Under the pieces are notes generated by a model. It was not told the origin of the DNA and did no database searches. It saw only the letters and a program-made list of their open reading frames with translations. Below, piece after piece: positions 1 through 12,479 of a DNA stretch of 64,000 bases. Position 1 is the stretch's first letter, and each line of letters opens with the position of its first letter. This DNA comes from Octopus sinensis (lineage: Eukaryota): the NCBI RefSeq assembly GCF_006345805.1, contig NC_042997.1:164548001-164612000 (forward strand), given 5' to 3'. The position numbers and the translations under genes were made by a program.

Positions 1-496
1 GAGGCAAGTGAAATCAAAATCAAATTCGATGACAGCACTGCATGACTGGCATCCTTGCTAGTGGAGTGCTAAGAACACCATCCGAGCATGATTGTTGCCA
101 GGGTCACTGACTGGCTCCTGTGCCGGTGCCACATAAAAAGCATCATTCAAGCATGATTGTTACCAGTATCACCTAACTGGCACGTGAAAAATAACATTCA
201 AGCGAGGTCGTTGCCAGTGGTGCTAGACTCCTGACTCCTGTGCAGGTGGCATGTAAAAAACACAATTTGAGCGTGGCCATTGCCAGTACCACCTGACTGG
301 TCCTCGTGCCGGTGGTACATAAAAGCACCCACTACACTCTTGGAATGGTTGGCATTAGGAAGGGCATCCAGCTGTAGAAACTCTGCCAGATCAGATTGGA
401 GCCTGGAGCAGCCATCTAGCTTGCCAGTCCTCAGTCAAACCATCCAACCCATGCCAGTATGGAAAGCAGATGTTAAACAATGATGATGATGCTGAT
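1..496 (+). mobile_element. Family D non-autonomous retro-element (internal ~60-bp tandem units, (GAT)n tail), cut by window start
   Basis: Repeated units ending GGCACRTAAAAAGCAC, then GGTTGGCATTAGGAAGGGCATCCAGCTGTAGAAAC ... ACCCATGCCAGTATGGAAAGCAGATGTTAAA(TGA)n. The same body recurs about ten times in the window. Confidence 0.85.
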
Positions 497-1243
497 GTAG
501 TGGGAGACAAGGAAAGCGTTTTGAACATCCTGAGTTGGACCTGGATTTGTACCTACTAAGCAAATTTTGTTCCTGCATTTATGGTTGAGTATCAGGTTAA
601 ATTGTTCAAAAACATTTGAAAGCAATTATATGACTTAGTATTCAAAGGTTATAAGCATCTATCAATCAGAAAAGATGGCCTGACAGAGGGAAAGCATTTT
701 ACAATCTAGAGTAAATAAAAGGACTCACCACCACTTTTGACTATTAGTATCTCAGTTGTTTGATCAACTGAACTACCTGCTCATTGTATTAGTATGTAAC
801 TGGCTGAGTATTCCACAGACATGCATCCTTAATGCAATCCTTGGATAGAATGAGTATAACAAGACTGACTTTTAATTATGGATACAGTGCATTCTACCCA
901 GTCTAACCCAAATGTCTTGGGGTTGACCTGTGGCTATGGAAGGAGCATTATCCTAAGTTTACATACTGTGAGATCAAACCAAAAGCATCGTGATTGCAAT
1001 ATAAGCTTCCAAACCACTCAGCTACACCTGCACCAAAATTATATGTTATTTCAAAATAACATGATGATCACAGAATATTATCAGATATAATGACATATAG
1101 TCCCGTACAATGTCTATTGAAAGGTCTGAATTTGTATCAGTATTATAACCCGTTACTCACTGTCACTACTGGTTGAGAATCTGCTATTTTTTGATGATTT
1201 AACCCTTTTTCTCATATTTATGATTGTCATTTTTACGTTAATA

Positions 1244-1794
1244 TTTTACTTGTTTCAGTCATTAGACTATGGCCATGCTTGGGTACTGCCATGAAGAATT
1301 GTTTTCTAGTTGAACGAATTGCTCCCCACAAGTACTTATTTTTTTAAAGCCTGCTACTTATTCTATTGGTCTATTTTGCTGAACCACTAAGTAACGGGAA
1401 TACAAACATACCAATACTGGTTGTCAAGCAGTGGTGGGGAACAAACACAAACACACACATACATCATCATCATTTAATGTCCACTTTCCAGGTTCACATG
1501 GGTTAAATGGTCTGACTGGAAGTTGTAAGCCGAAGAGCTGCACCAAGTTTTGGTTTGATTTGCATGGTTTCTATGGCCAGATACCCTTCCTAATGCCAAC
1601 CACACAAAGAGTGTAATATAAATATATATGATGGACGGTTTTTTTAGTTTCTGTCAACCAAATTCCACTCAAATGGCTTTGGTCAGTCTGAGGCTATAGA
1701 AGAAGATGTTTGCTTGAGGTGTCATGCAGTGGGACTGAACTAGAGACCATGTGGTTGGGAGGCGAACTGCTTACCACACAACCGTGACTCTGCC
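1244..1794 (-). mobile_element. Family A tRNA-derived SINE with a family D fragment (~1463-1615) in its central microsatellite
   Basis: Matches the reverse complement of the copy at 9043-9487 in both head and tail. Confidence 0.8.
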
Positions 1795-2029
1795 TATCTA
1801 TCCATGTATTTTAATGAATTTTAAAATATCCATGAATTTGGATGGATTTTGTAAAAAGAGTAACTTTTTTTAGTAAGCTGATATTTAAATAACAAAAGGC
1901 TCTCCAGAAGAAGATTTTAATTAAAAAACTGATCTCAAGTCATTGAGCCATACAAAAGAGATGACTAAGGACTGAGATATTTGGTGCATTGCTGTACTCA
2001 AGAATACTTGCCTGCCACAGTAGAATTGA

Positions 2030-2271
2030 TATTGGTGCTGGTGCCACCTAAAAAACACTCATGTTGGTCCCACGTACAAAGCACTGGTGCTGGTGCCTCG
2101 TAAAAAGCATCTGGTACATTCTGTAGTGTGGCTAGAAGGATATCCAGCTGTAGAAACCATGCCAGAACTGACAATATAGCTTGGTGCAGCCCTTGGTGTT
2201 ACCAGCTATGGTCAAATTGTCCAACATATGCCAACATGGAACACAGATGTTAAATAATGATGATGATGATG
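2030..2271 (+). mobile_element. Family D element, degenerate
   Basis: GGTGCCAC..AAAAAGCAC units, GAAGGATATCCAGCTGTAGAAACC, (GAT)n tail. Confidence 0.75.
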
Positions 2272-2879
2272 AATGATTATGATAAATTCCACTCACAAGA
2301 TATTTGTTAATTTGAGACCATGGTAGAAGATCTCTGCTCAAGTTATTGTACAGTGAGTTCAATCCCCAGAAACATGTGACTAACAGGTGAACTTCTTAAC
2401 CACACAGTCATTATTGTACCACCTCTTCTCAACTTACAGGAAATTTTAGTCATTTCATAAATATATTTCATCATAATGTCATAGGTTTAAATCCTGGTGC
2501 AAGAGATGCCTTTTGTTTTAGGGAAAAGTATTTTACTTTAAATTGTTCCAGTTCACTCAGCAAAAATAGTTAAGACTGAGAGAATAGTCAGTTAGCATGA
2601 AGTTAGCATAGAAGTGTTAATAAGTTAGTGCTGCAACTAAAAACATGAAGAGAGATACATCAAACAGTGGACTTACAATGTTCTATCTTTACCCTCTATT
2701 TTAAAAGTTACATTTTGACATAAAAGAGAATGCAATTCAAAACACTGTTTTACAATAATAGATGCACACACACACACACACATTAAACATTTATTCAAAA
2801 CTGAGTCACTAATTGCTGTTTCTCATTCTTGCGCCTCAAGCAATTTACATCAGTGTGAACTCATATATCATCATCATGA

Positions 2880-3570
2880 TCATCACATCATCATTAGCAT
2901 CACTGGGAGGGTTATGAGAGTAGAATCCTGAGACACCTTCTCCAGAAGTAACAGTCTTCAGATTTTCCAGCTGAATTCCTAAACATGGCCAACTGAGATG
3001 ATGGATATCATCCAACCATTTTATTCTTGGTCTACTCTTGAGTGACATCAGTAGATGACCACCAACACGCTCTGAATGGATTCACTACCAAGTGCTGTAA
3101 GGCAATGAACGCAATTACAACAATGGCAAGGCATTCCAACAAAGGTGTCACTAACCAGTCCTCCTTATTTCTTTAGCCATGTCTCTCAAAAGTGGACTCT
3201 TCTTTCTTTAACCCTTTCGATACCAACCCGGCTGAAACCGCTTCTCACTCTGTAGTACAAATGTTTCGTTTTCAAAAGCTCTGAATTAAAATCTGCCACC
3301 AAACCTTAGTCGTAATTTATGTTCCTAACACTAGGTTAATGATAACCAAGTTATTTTACTAAATTCATTGTTATATTTAAGGTAATTGAAAGAACTACAG
3401 GGGAAATCTCAAAATAAATACGGTAACGAAAGGGTTAATGGTGTTTGATACTTTAGGTAGCTTAATGTATGATTTTTCTTTGGGAGAATGTTCTTTCCAG
3501 GACACATTCAAAATGGCATGGAGCATGCACATGTAGATACTGTCCAACATGGTTTCAATTGCAATACAGA
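2880..3570 (-). mobile_element. Decayed RTE-clade LINE 3' fragment(s) interrupted by a TTAA MITE
   Basis: Minus-strand peptides MLHAILNVSWKEH..LPKVSNTI and RPRIKWLDDI resemble RTE ORF2 C-terminal motifs; (GAT)n tail. Confidence 0.65.
3212..3434. mobile_element. piggyBac-type MITE, family P1
   Basis: TTAA TSDs at 3208-3211 and 3435-3438. Ends CCCTTTCGATACC / GGTAACGAAAGGG form TIRs. Second copy at 5330-5549. Confidence 0.9.
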
Positions 3571-5149
3571 ATAAATGAATAAAATGCAAGATTCAAATAA
3601 CCATGATTACAGGAATGCTTTTAGTATCACAATCTGATACTAAAGAATGTTAGTTGATAGGGGAGAAATGATAAACACAAATTAAATAGAATTAGAAATA
3701 AGAGATGCAATGTGTTTATTTTCTATTTTTGCTTCCTAATAACAATTTCTGCTATTGAAAGGTTAGTCATTAATTTACTTCATGGAACACCAACATTTCC
3801 AATCTAATTAATTACTAGTCTACAAATTGTGACTATTGTGATATACAAACAAGATAAAATTCACAACAACAAAGAGATCAAATTTCTTGCTAAGATTTCA
3901 AATAGCATACGTATCATTTTAATTTATTAATAATTGATAATACTGCAAAGCACTCAGTAGATTCTAGATTGTGAATAGTTGCTGCTTTTGAGACGAAGTT
4001 GTGGTAGGCTAATTTTCTCTCATCAGCAATGTCTATGTGAGAGAGAGAGAGAGAGAGAGAGATGGGAGTTGGCAGGAGGGGAGGCAGGCAATCTTAGTTA
4101 AATGAAATATTGTTGATAAAAAGGAGAGCACTTGGAAATTCCTACCTATGCCAATAAAACCTGTATTTGTTTAACTGGTTACTTCAGATACATCTGTGAG
4201 TTTCCCCTCTGCCTTCTTCCTTTTTCACTGGCATTTATTCTCTCTCTTTCTCCTTACCACCATCATATGGAATATTTAAATCATGTTGTGAAACAAAGTC
4301 AGTACTTTCCCTTGCATTTCTACCATGAATGTCTATTCAATGTTAGTTTAAAAATAGTCACAGACCAAGTTTATTGGGGCTTCTTGCTATTCATGAATAA
4401 TCCGCATGCATAATATGGAAGCTGAGAAGGAGTAGGTAGGAATTCCATACATACATACGTATACATATGTGTGTGTGTGTTTACATTTACAGTGAAAGAG
4501 GAAAATTAGGAAAAACTTCCATTATTTTGTCTTATAGAAATCTTCCTGTATATTTGTGGTCTATCATTTGCACCAATTACACAATGTAGATTTACTCACT
4601 ATACACTATCCATACAGCAATGTTATTTCCATGGTGCTGTTGTGATTTTATGGCTCCTTTCTACTGCCATGAACCTCAATCCTGACCATGTTCACCTTCA
4701 GTAATTTTGAATGAATCTAAACTTCAATGAAGTTTCATACACTTGATTTACCCCTTTTGCAATTCTTTGATTCTTGATGAGAAATGGTTGTCTTGTATCA
4801 GTAGGCATAACACAACTACTTCTGAATTACTTAAGTTAAGTTAAAAGTTTGGGAAGAAGTGAAAAGAGGTGAGAACAGAGTGTTGATAGATAATCACCTG
4901 TACACTAAATTATTTGCTTACCTTATGTCAATTATGACTTTTAATTTTACTATCCTCATACATTGCAAGTAAGTACTGACTTGTAGTTGTTAATTTTTTT
5001 CTTTCTCTCTTTTCTTTTTCTTTTTTGCTCACTTCATTTATAATGTGGAACCTTGTTGAAAACCACTAAATAGTCACATACTAGATAGAAATGTTTTTCT
5101 TTGGGAAAGAAATTCTCTTGTTAAATATAGCATTATTACTTCTATAAGG

Positions 5150-5590
5150 TTGTGAGCTGGTAGAATCATTAGTGAATTGAACAAAATGCTTTGCAACATT
5201 TCTGCAGGCTCTTTAATTTTAAATTAAAATTCCACTAAGGTTGACTCTGCCTCTCATCCTTTTGAGATTGATAAAATAAGTACCAGTTGAACACTGGGCT
5301 TAACGTAAGTGATGTACCCACTCCTTTAACCCTTTTGACAACAACCCATCTGAAACTGTTCCTTGTTCAATGGTATAAACCTCCTGTTTTAAAATGGTCT
5401 AAATTAAAACCTGCCATCATAATTTCATGTTAATTTGTTTCAGATACCATCTTAATAATGGTAAAGTTATTTTACTAAATTCTTTATTATTTTCAAAACT
5501 ATCTGAAAGAAAGGCAGTGTATTTCAACAGAATTATGGTAACAAAAGGGTTAAAACTGCTGGCCTTGTGCCAAAATTTGAGACCTTTATT
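5150..5590 (+). mobile_element. Family C SINE (Deu/Nin-domain-like) split by a P1 MITE
   Basis: GTTGACTCTGCCTCTCATCCTTTTGAGATTGATAAAATAAGTACC; the SINE resumes after the MITE with CTGCTGGCCTTGTGCCAAAATTTG. Confidence 0.75.
5330..5549. mobile_element. piggyBac-type MITE, family P1 (second copy)
   Basis: TTAA|CCCTTTTGA...ACAAAAGGG|TTAA; colinear with 3212-3434. Confidence 0.88.
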
Positions 5591-6339
5591 AGCTCTACAT
5601 CTTCATACAAGATTCAATTGCACTTACCCAGCCCAACAAACAGGATTGTTGGAGTGTGGACATTTAGTTTTGGTCCTCTATATTCTGAGTCCCATTCTAG
5701 CCAAGATTGACTTTACTTCTCCCTATCACCATCATCTGCTGCACGCCTGAGGATTGATAAAATATGCATCGATCCCATGCTGTGAACAATAATATCATTA
5801 GTTAAAAAAAATTTCCAATGAGTCAATCACTGGTTCATTGCATTTCCTATAGAGAGAGTAGCCATGTAATGTGAGCAAAACAAATACCACAAGGTATTTT
5901 GTTTAAAAGCACCAGGATTGATATGATCAACAGCAGGTTAAAGTGCTTTGCATATGGTAGCCCAGCTGTCTGTTCAGTAATAGGCAGTTGCCAAACAACA
6001 TAAACCTACAGGGGTCTAAAGTCACATGTACTCATGTGCAAAAACAAAATAACTTTAAGCAGCATGTTATTTCCTACCTTGAGGTACTATTTTAAGTTCA
6101 TTTATCTCCCCTATCATATATATTGTTTTATATATTGCCTGATGGTCTTGTTGCACTAGAAATCAGAGATAGAATTATTATTGGTAGGCACGGGCATTGC
6201 TGAATGTTTAAGAAACTTGCTTCCTAACCATGTGGTTTCAGGTTTGGCCCCTCTTTGCTGCACCTTGTGTCTTCTACCGGACTGTCTAAAACCATGAGTG
6301 GATTTGGTCGATGGATACTGAAGAAACCTATCATATAAA

Positions 6340-6376
<37 letters not shown>

Positions 6377-6469
6377 GTCAGTGTATGTGTGTCAGAGAGA
6401 GAGTATGTGTGTCAGAGAGAGAGTATGTGTGTCAGAGAGAGAGTGTGTGTGTGTCTTTGTGTATTGACA

Positions 6470-6790
6470 TTGCACCATTATAAAACACAGGTGATGGTGC
6501 CACATAAAAAGCACCACTACTTATGTCACATAAAAAGCAGTAATACAGGTGCCATGTAAAATGCATTGGTTCTGGTGCCACATAAAAAACACAGGTGATG
6601 GTGCCACATAAAAAGCACCGAGTACACTTTGTAAAGTGGTTGACATTAGGAAGACCATAAAGCTGTTGAAACCAAGCCAAAAATAGACTATGGAACCTGG
6701 TGCAGCTCCTGACCTTGCCAACTCCTTTCAATTCTTCCAACTCATGCCAGCATGGAAAATGGACATTAAATGAAAATGATGATGATGATA
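6470..6790 (+). mobile_element. Family D element with short (~22-25 bp) GGTGCCACATAAAAAGCAC tandem units
   Basis: About six units, then the family D body and (GAT)n tail. Confidence 0.8.
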
Positions 6791-7339
6791 ACTGCATGAT
6801 AGTAGTAAACAAGTATCAGCATACTAGAAGTCATGTTGTTAGTTTCCAGCCTTCCATGAAAATATTTTCAGCTCAAGGGAAACATTACCTTTCTTAAAAA
6901 CAAGTGAAGCTTGGCAACAGGAAGGGCATCCAGCCATAGAAAATCTGCTTCGATAAATTCCATCTGACCCATACAAGAATGGAAAAGTGAATGCTAAAAT
7001 GCTGCAACCACCACCATGGCTGCCACCACCACTGCTGCTGTTGTTGTTGTTAAGCAACAAGGTGGGTAAGGGTGATTAGGTGATGGTCTAGGGCTTAGTG
7101 GGGGAAGACCCCAGACCTTGAAAAAAAAAAACTTTGGTTGTCCTGTTGTAGTCAAGGGCTCTTCGTTGACGCCCGACACCACTGGGAGGTGGCCCTTGAA
7201 GTCGCTTGAAATGGAGATCTCCAGGTCCAAATTTTTGAATGGCTGCTGCTGCTGCCACTGCTATCAGCTTCACTGACAGCAGCAGTGATGACAACACTGA
7301 CGAAGATCATGATGGAAGTGTGGAAAAGTAGACTGATAT

Positions 7340-8174
7340 CATTTTGACTATTTCTTAACATTCTGGTACACTGATACAAAGTGGCACTATACAATATACA
7401 AGATACCTTAATCTCTCTTGGCATGGTACATTGGTAAACTTGTTTTCACTTCTAACTAGATAAATCCACTGTTTAACTTTCTACTTAGCCTCCAGGACAT
7501 ATTCTCTGTTATTTATTTCTTCTGTTTCTTTTAAGCCCATCACTTATCTCTTATAATATCTTTCTGGCAATATTTGACCACAATGATGACAGCTTCTAGA
7601 TAAATAAGTTTCTAGTTCTGTCAACTTTTTGGCTGTCCAAAGCACTTTCATCAGTTTGTCCTAAACATCTATGCTTATTTTCAAGCTAGTAGTCAGCCCT
7701 GATTTCATATGCTCTGAGTAATATAGAGCTTTCTTTTCATAAGAACAAAGTTACTCTAGTGGTTGAAAAAATTAGCAATGTGTATCATAAGTCAACATCA
7801 TCATCATCATCATTTAACGTCCTTTCTCCATGCTAGCATGGGCTGGACGGTTCGACCGGGGATCTGGGAAGCCAGAAGGCTGCACCAGGCTCCAGTCTGA
7901 TCTGGCAGTGTTTCTACAGCTGGATGCCCTTCCTAACACCAACCACTCCGAAAGTGTAGTGGGTGCTTTTTACGTGCCAGGCGAGGCTGGCAACGACTAC
8001 GATCGGATTGGTGCTTTTTACGTGCCATCGGCACGGAAGCCAGTCAAGGTGGCGCTGGCATCGGCCACGTTCGGATGGTGCTTTTTATGTGCCACCAGCA
8101 TGGAGCGATGTATAAGTGATGTATAAATACCAAATGTGATGTATAAATACCAAGGAAATATGTTAGGCAAAGGG
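7340..8174 (-). pseudogene. Possible decayed piggyBac transposon remnant, interrupted by family D copy 7796-8105
   Basis: Minus-strand RLRYLVYCIVPLCISVPEC resembles the piggyBac C-terminal Cys-rich domain; GCAAAGGG|TTAA terminus at 8167-8178. Confidence 0.4.
7796..8105 (-). mobile_element. Family D element, CpG-rich young copy
   Basis: Reverse complement of the family D body with (CAT)n on the + strand. Confidence 0.85.
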
Positions 8175-8684
8175 TTAAGAATGTCAAATTATATAAAAGT
8201 ACTCTATGTCTAGCTCTCTGTTCAAATAACCATTTGCTACAATGCTACACTTTGGAGTCCAGTCATTTATTTTATTATTGTTTTATATTACACTTAGTGA
8301 ACAATTGTGTTATCGGTTATAGACTTTCTGATGACCAATAACTGGTTCACTGCATTTCCAATGGTGAGAATGACACTTGAATATCTATGCGGAACAAATA
8401 CCAGCATTTTTTTTTTTTTTTTCCAGATTTGAAAGCACCAGTTTATCAGTTTTCTTGTTGATATACATTGATGTAAAATGCACATACACATATACATGCG
8501 CACATATACTCTTGCACACACACATACACACACACACAATTTTCATTTGCTGAATTTTGTTCATAAGGCATTGGCTAACCTGAGGTTGCAGTAGAAGCAG
8601 GTCCGTGCATTCAGTATACAAAATCTTTCACTTATACTCTAACTCTTCTATTTTTAATTGGACTGATCATATATTTCCTATACT

Positions 8685-8905
8685 GAGGGCTTCAAATTTT
8701 GACACATGACCAGCAATTTCAAAGGAGTGTGTAAGTTGATTACATTGACCCCAGTGTTCAACTGGTACTTATTTTATTAACTCTGAAAGGATGCAAAGTA
8801 AAGTTGGCCTTGGTGGAATCTGAAGCCAGAACATAAAGATTCAGAGAAGAAATGCTACTAAGCATTCTGTCCAACTCACAAATGATCCTACCAATTTGCT
8901 GCCTT
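8685..8905 (-). mobile_element. Family C SINE
   Basis: Reverse complement of the family C body (TACATTGACCCCAGTGTTCAACTGGTACTTATTTTA...GAAAGGATG). Confidence 0.75.
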
Positions 8906-9042
8906 ATTATATTTCTTATATTAATAGTCCCACTGCATGGCACCTTGGGCAAGTGTCTTCTACTATAGCCTCGGGCTGACCAAAGCCTTGTGAGTGGATT
9001 TAGTGACTGAAAGAAGCCTGAAGTATATATGTATATATATAT

Positions 9043-9487
9043 GCACGAGCATGGCTGTGTGGTTAGGGAGCTTGCTTCCTAGCTACATGGTTTCGGGTTC
9101 AGTCCCACTGTGTGGCACTTTGGGCAGGTGTCTTCCACTGTAGCCTCTAATCGACCGAAGCTTTGTGATTGAATTCGGTAGGCGGAAGTTACTGCCGTGT
9201 GTGTATATGTGCGTGTAGGTGCTCAGTGCCTCTCTGAAAGAGAGAGAGGGATATATATATATATATGTATGCATGTGTATGTTTCTGTGTCTGTGTTTGT
9301 CCCCCAGCATCGCTTGACAACCAATGCTGGTGTGTTTACGTCCCCGTAACTTAGCCGTTCAGCAAAAGAGACTGATAGAATAAGTACTAGGCTTACAAAG
9401 AATAAGTCCTGGGGTCGATTTGCTCGACTAAAGGCGATGCTCCAGCATGGCCACAGTCAAATGACTGAAACGAGTAAAAGAGAAAAC
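9043..9487 (+). mobile_element. Family A SINE, near full length
   Basis: Pol III A box TGGCTGTGTGG and B box GGTTCAGTCCC, CORE-like CACTTTGGGCAGGTGTCTT, central (TA/TG)n, conserved 3' half ending GACTGAAACGAGTAAAAGA. Confidence 0.9.
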
Positions 9488-9603
9488 ACACAACACACAT
9501 GACCATTGTGAACCACCAAGATTCATCATCATGAGAACACCCTAACCTCTTAAAATTTGAACTGAATGCTTATAGATATGCCTGTTGTGGCTTTTTATGT
9601 TAT

Positions 9604-9908
9604 TCTTTTATTCTTTTATTTGTTTCAGTCATTTGACTGTGGCCATGCTGGAGCACCACCTTTAGTTGAACAAATCACTGCCAGGACTTATTTTTTGTAA
9701 GCCGAATCACTAAGTTACAGGGACATAAATACACCAACATCAGTTGTCAAGCAATGGTGGGGGACAAACATGCACACACATACACATATATATATACACA
9801 CACAATGGGCTTCTCACCCACACTTGCCCAAGGTGTCATGCAGTGGGACTGAACCCAGAACCATGTAGCTGGTAAGCAAGCTATTTACCACACAGCCACT
9901 TCTACACC
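9604..9908 (-). mobile_element. Family A SINE, internally deleted, inverted relative to 9043-9487
   Basis: Reverse-complement match to both head and tail of family A. Confidence 0.85.
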
Positions 9909-10509
9909 TATATGTTTTTAAAGAATTTTTAAATGATGAAGACAAAACTTGTAAAGTTAATAAAAAGAAGCTGTTATTAAAAGGCTTAAAAGGATATAAA
10001 AGAAATAAATTATAAAAAAATTATAAAATCATAAAATTATCTTTCATAAAAAAAAATCAGGAACATTGTTGTTTATCAGTTAAAACAAAATAGGTTGAAC
10101 TCTTAAATCAAATTAAATGATCACCTTAAAAGAAATAAAGTCAACTTGATGCACAACTCTTCCTTTTTGAGATTAAAGCATTGTTTGAATATAAAACTGG
10201 AATGAATGTAGCATAAAAGATTCTATTGAATGAATTAAAAATTATATTGGAAAGAATTGAAAAGTTCATCCCTACATAATTCTTGAAGAAGCATTTTATT
10301 TACACAAGAGGAGTTAAATCCAAAATTCAAAATTTACGAACATCACGCTCTTAGAAACAGAACTACTTCTCCTGCATTTGCCTTCATAGTCATTAAATCC
10401 TGAATTGATTATTTTCAAATTAGTATATGTGAAAGTGGAAATTTAAATTCATTAGATTACATGTTGCATTTAGTTGTAGACAGAATTAGTCTGAATTGGT
10501 ATATTTTTA

Positions 10510-10745
10510 TCATCACCATTTTAACATCCACTTTTCCATGCTTGCATGTGTTGGACAGAGTTTATTAAGATAGGTTTCCTATGGTGGGATGCCTATCTTG
10601 TTACCAACCCTCAGCTGTTTCCAAGAAAGGTAATATTTCCACATGGCCAAACATGCTCTTGCACAATTTGGAAACAAATGACACTACTTGTATGACAGTG
10701 ACAATCATTTACAGCTACCACATGATGTCAAGACAAGGAGGCACA
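10510..10745 (-). mobile_element. Family D-related short element (D2); other copies near 6870-7000, 14940-15180 and 63860-64000
   Basis: Shares the AGGGCATCC motif and the CATGCAAGCATGGAAAAGTGGATGTTAAA(TGA)n end with family D but has a different 5' part. Confidence 0.7.
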
Positions 10746-12479
10746 AACACACATACACACATGCATGCACGTGCACGTGCACACACACACACACACACAC
10801 ACATGTAACAGGCTTCTCTCAGCTTCCATCTTTCTGCTTTCCAAATCCATTTACAAGGTTTTGGTTGGCCTGTGGGTTTATAGCAGAAAACACTTCTCCA
10901 AGGTTCCACACAACAGAATTGAAACCAGAACCATGTGGTTGGGACACTACCATAAGCAGAAAACATATATTTAAGGTACTGCACAATGAATTGAAACTTG
11001 GAGCCACATAACCATATCTGTGCTTTTGTTTGTATTATTCCTGATTTTAAAAAAAAATTAACCAACTTGTAGCTAACTAATTGGATGGTTGTTATTGTGA
11101 ACTTTACATTGCTCATAGTCAATGCCTTGACATTCATACTAATACAGGGTTTCATTTGTCTCTCTCTCTTACCATTTGTTCTGCTGTAGTGAAGTTCTTT
11201 AAGCATACTAGTGCATCTGTATTGTTAACCTGCTATCATTACAATATCTTTAGTCTATTGTCTTTTATGTAGAGGTTTTCTTTACTAGGGTCTTATAAAC
11301 AAAAATAGGGTTATAATTCTATTGTCATATTATTGTTATTGTGTAGCTCAAGTGTAATTATGATCTAAGGCATTCTAACCATGACCATCTCATCCTTTTT
11401 TATTTATGTAATTTGTCCTTTATTAAAGATGATATGATGGTTGTTTTGCAGTTATTTCCAGCAGGTGAGCAACCACATACAGGCTTCCTTGGAGAAATTT
11501 AAGTGGCTATCATGTTTCCAATTAATAATTCAGTATCATAATTCAATCACTATGACTACATCAGTTAAACTTGCAACTCATTTTTGTGTTGATTTGCCAA
11601 ATTTCTACATGGATACCTGGTTAAGAAATCGTCTTCAGAGCTATGAGATTACAGGTTCAATTGCAGTGCACAGCACCTTGGGAAAATGTCTTTTAACATA
11701 GCATTGAATTAACCAAAGCTTTGTAAGTAAAACTTGGCAAATAATAATTTAGCAGAAGCTTGGAAAGTGGACCATTTCTGTTTTAGGGTGGAAGACTTAA
11801 TTTGTCCCCCAGTTTAACACATGGCTCATGTGTGCTTTTAATGAGGCCCTTCCTGTTGGATTTATTAAGGTGAGATCTTCTCTATGAATATAACTTTCTC
11901 CTATCCTTCCATCAGTCTCGAAGTCCCTAGAAATAAAAATGAGTACTACCTTTCTTCCTATGATTAAGGTCTTACAAGAAATTTAATTCAAGACCAGAAG
12001 AACTTGTTTGCTCTCCTTCTTCATGATTCATTTTAACTTCTACAATCTTCTACCTTATTTTTTACCTAGGTTAAGCTGTTAAACATTTTGCCAAGAAGCT
12101 TTCTTGACGATGTTGAAAGAATATTCACAACTGACACCAATTTAGAAGCCTTTTTAATGTAGCTGATACTATTTGAGGTATAATTCTGTGCAGCATATTT
12201 AATTAAGTGTTGATGTTATGGTTGAATATCCTACAATGTTCATTTGTTGCTGTATCGGAATTCAAAATGTTACCAAATAAAGTCATCATTATTATATACT
12301 GCTGTTGGTGTTTATTGTTGATGTTTAGACTCTTATCAACTTCAATATTGCAAGCCTGCAATCAAAGCACTGTAGCAATAACCAACCTACTTTTAAGGAT
12401 ATATAAGGCTAAGAATATTATGTAAAATATTCTTGTTTTGTTTAATATAACAGATTCTAATTTTAAGGATATTCTGTGG

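Noticed and set aside
9910-10460. AT-rich block with a faint LHLPS..LNPE (Tc1/IS630-like) motif
   Set aside because: Single weak motif with stops; not enough to call.
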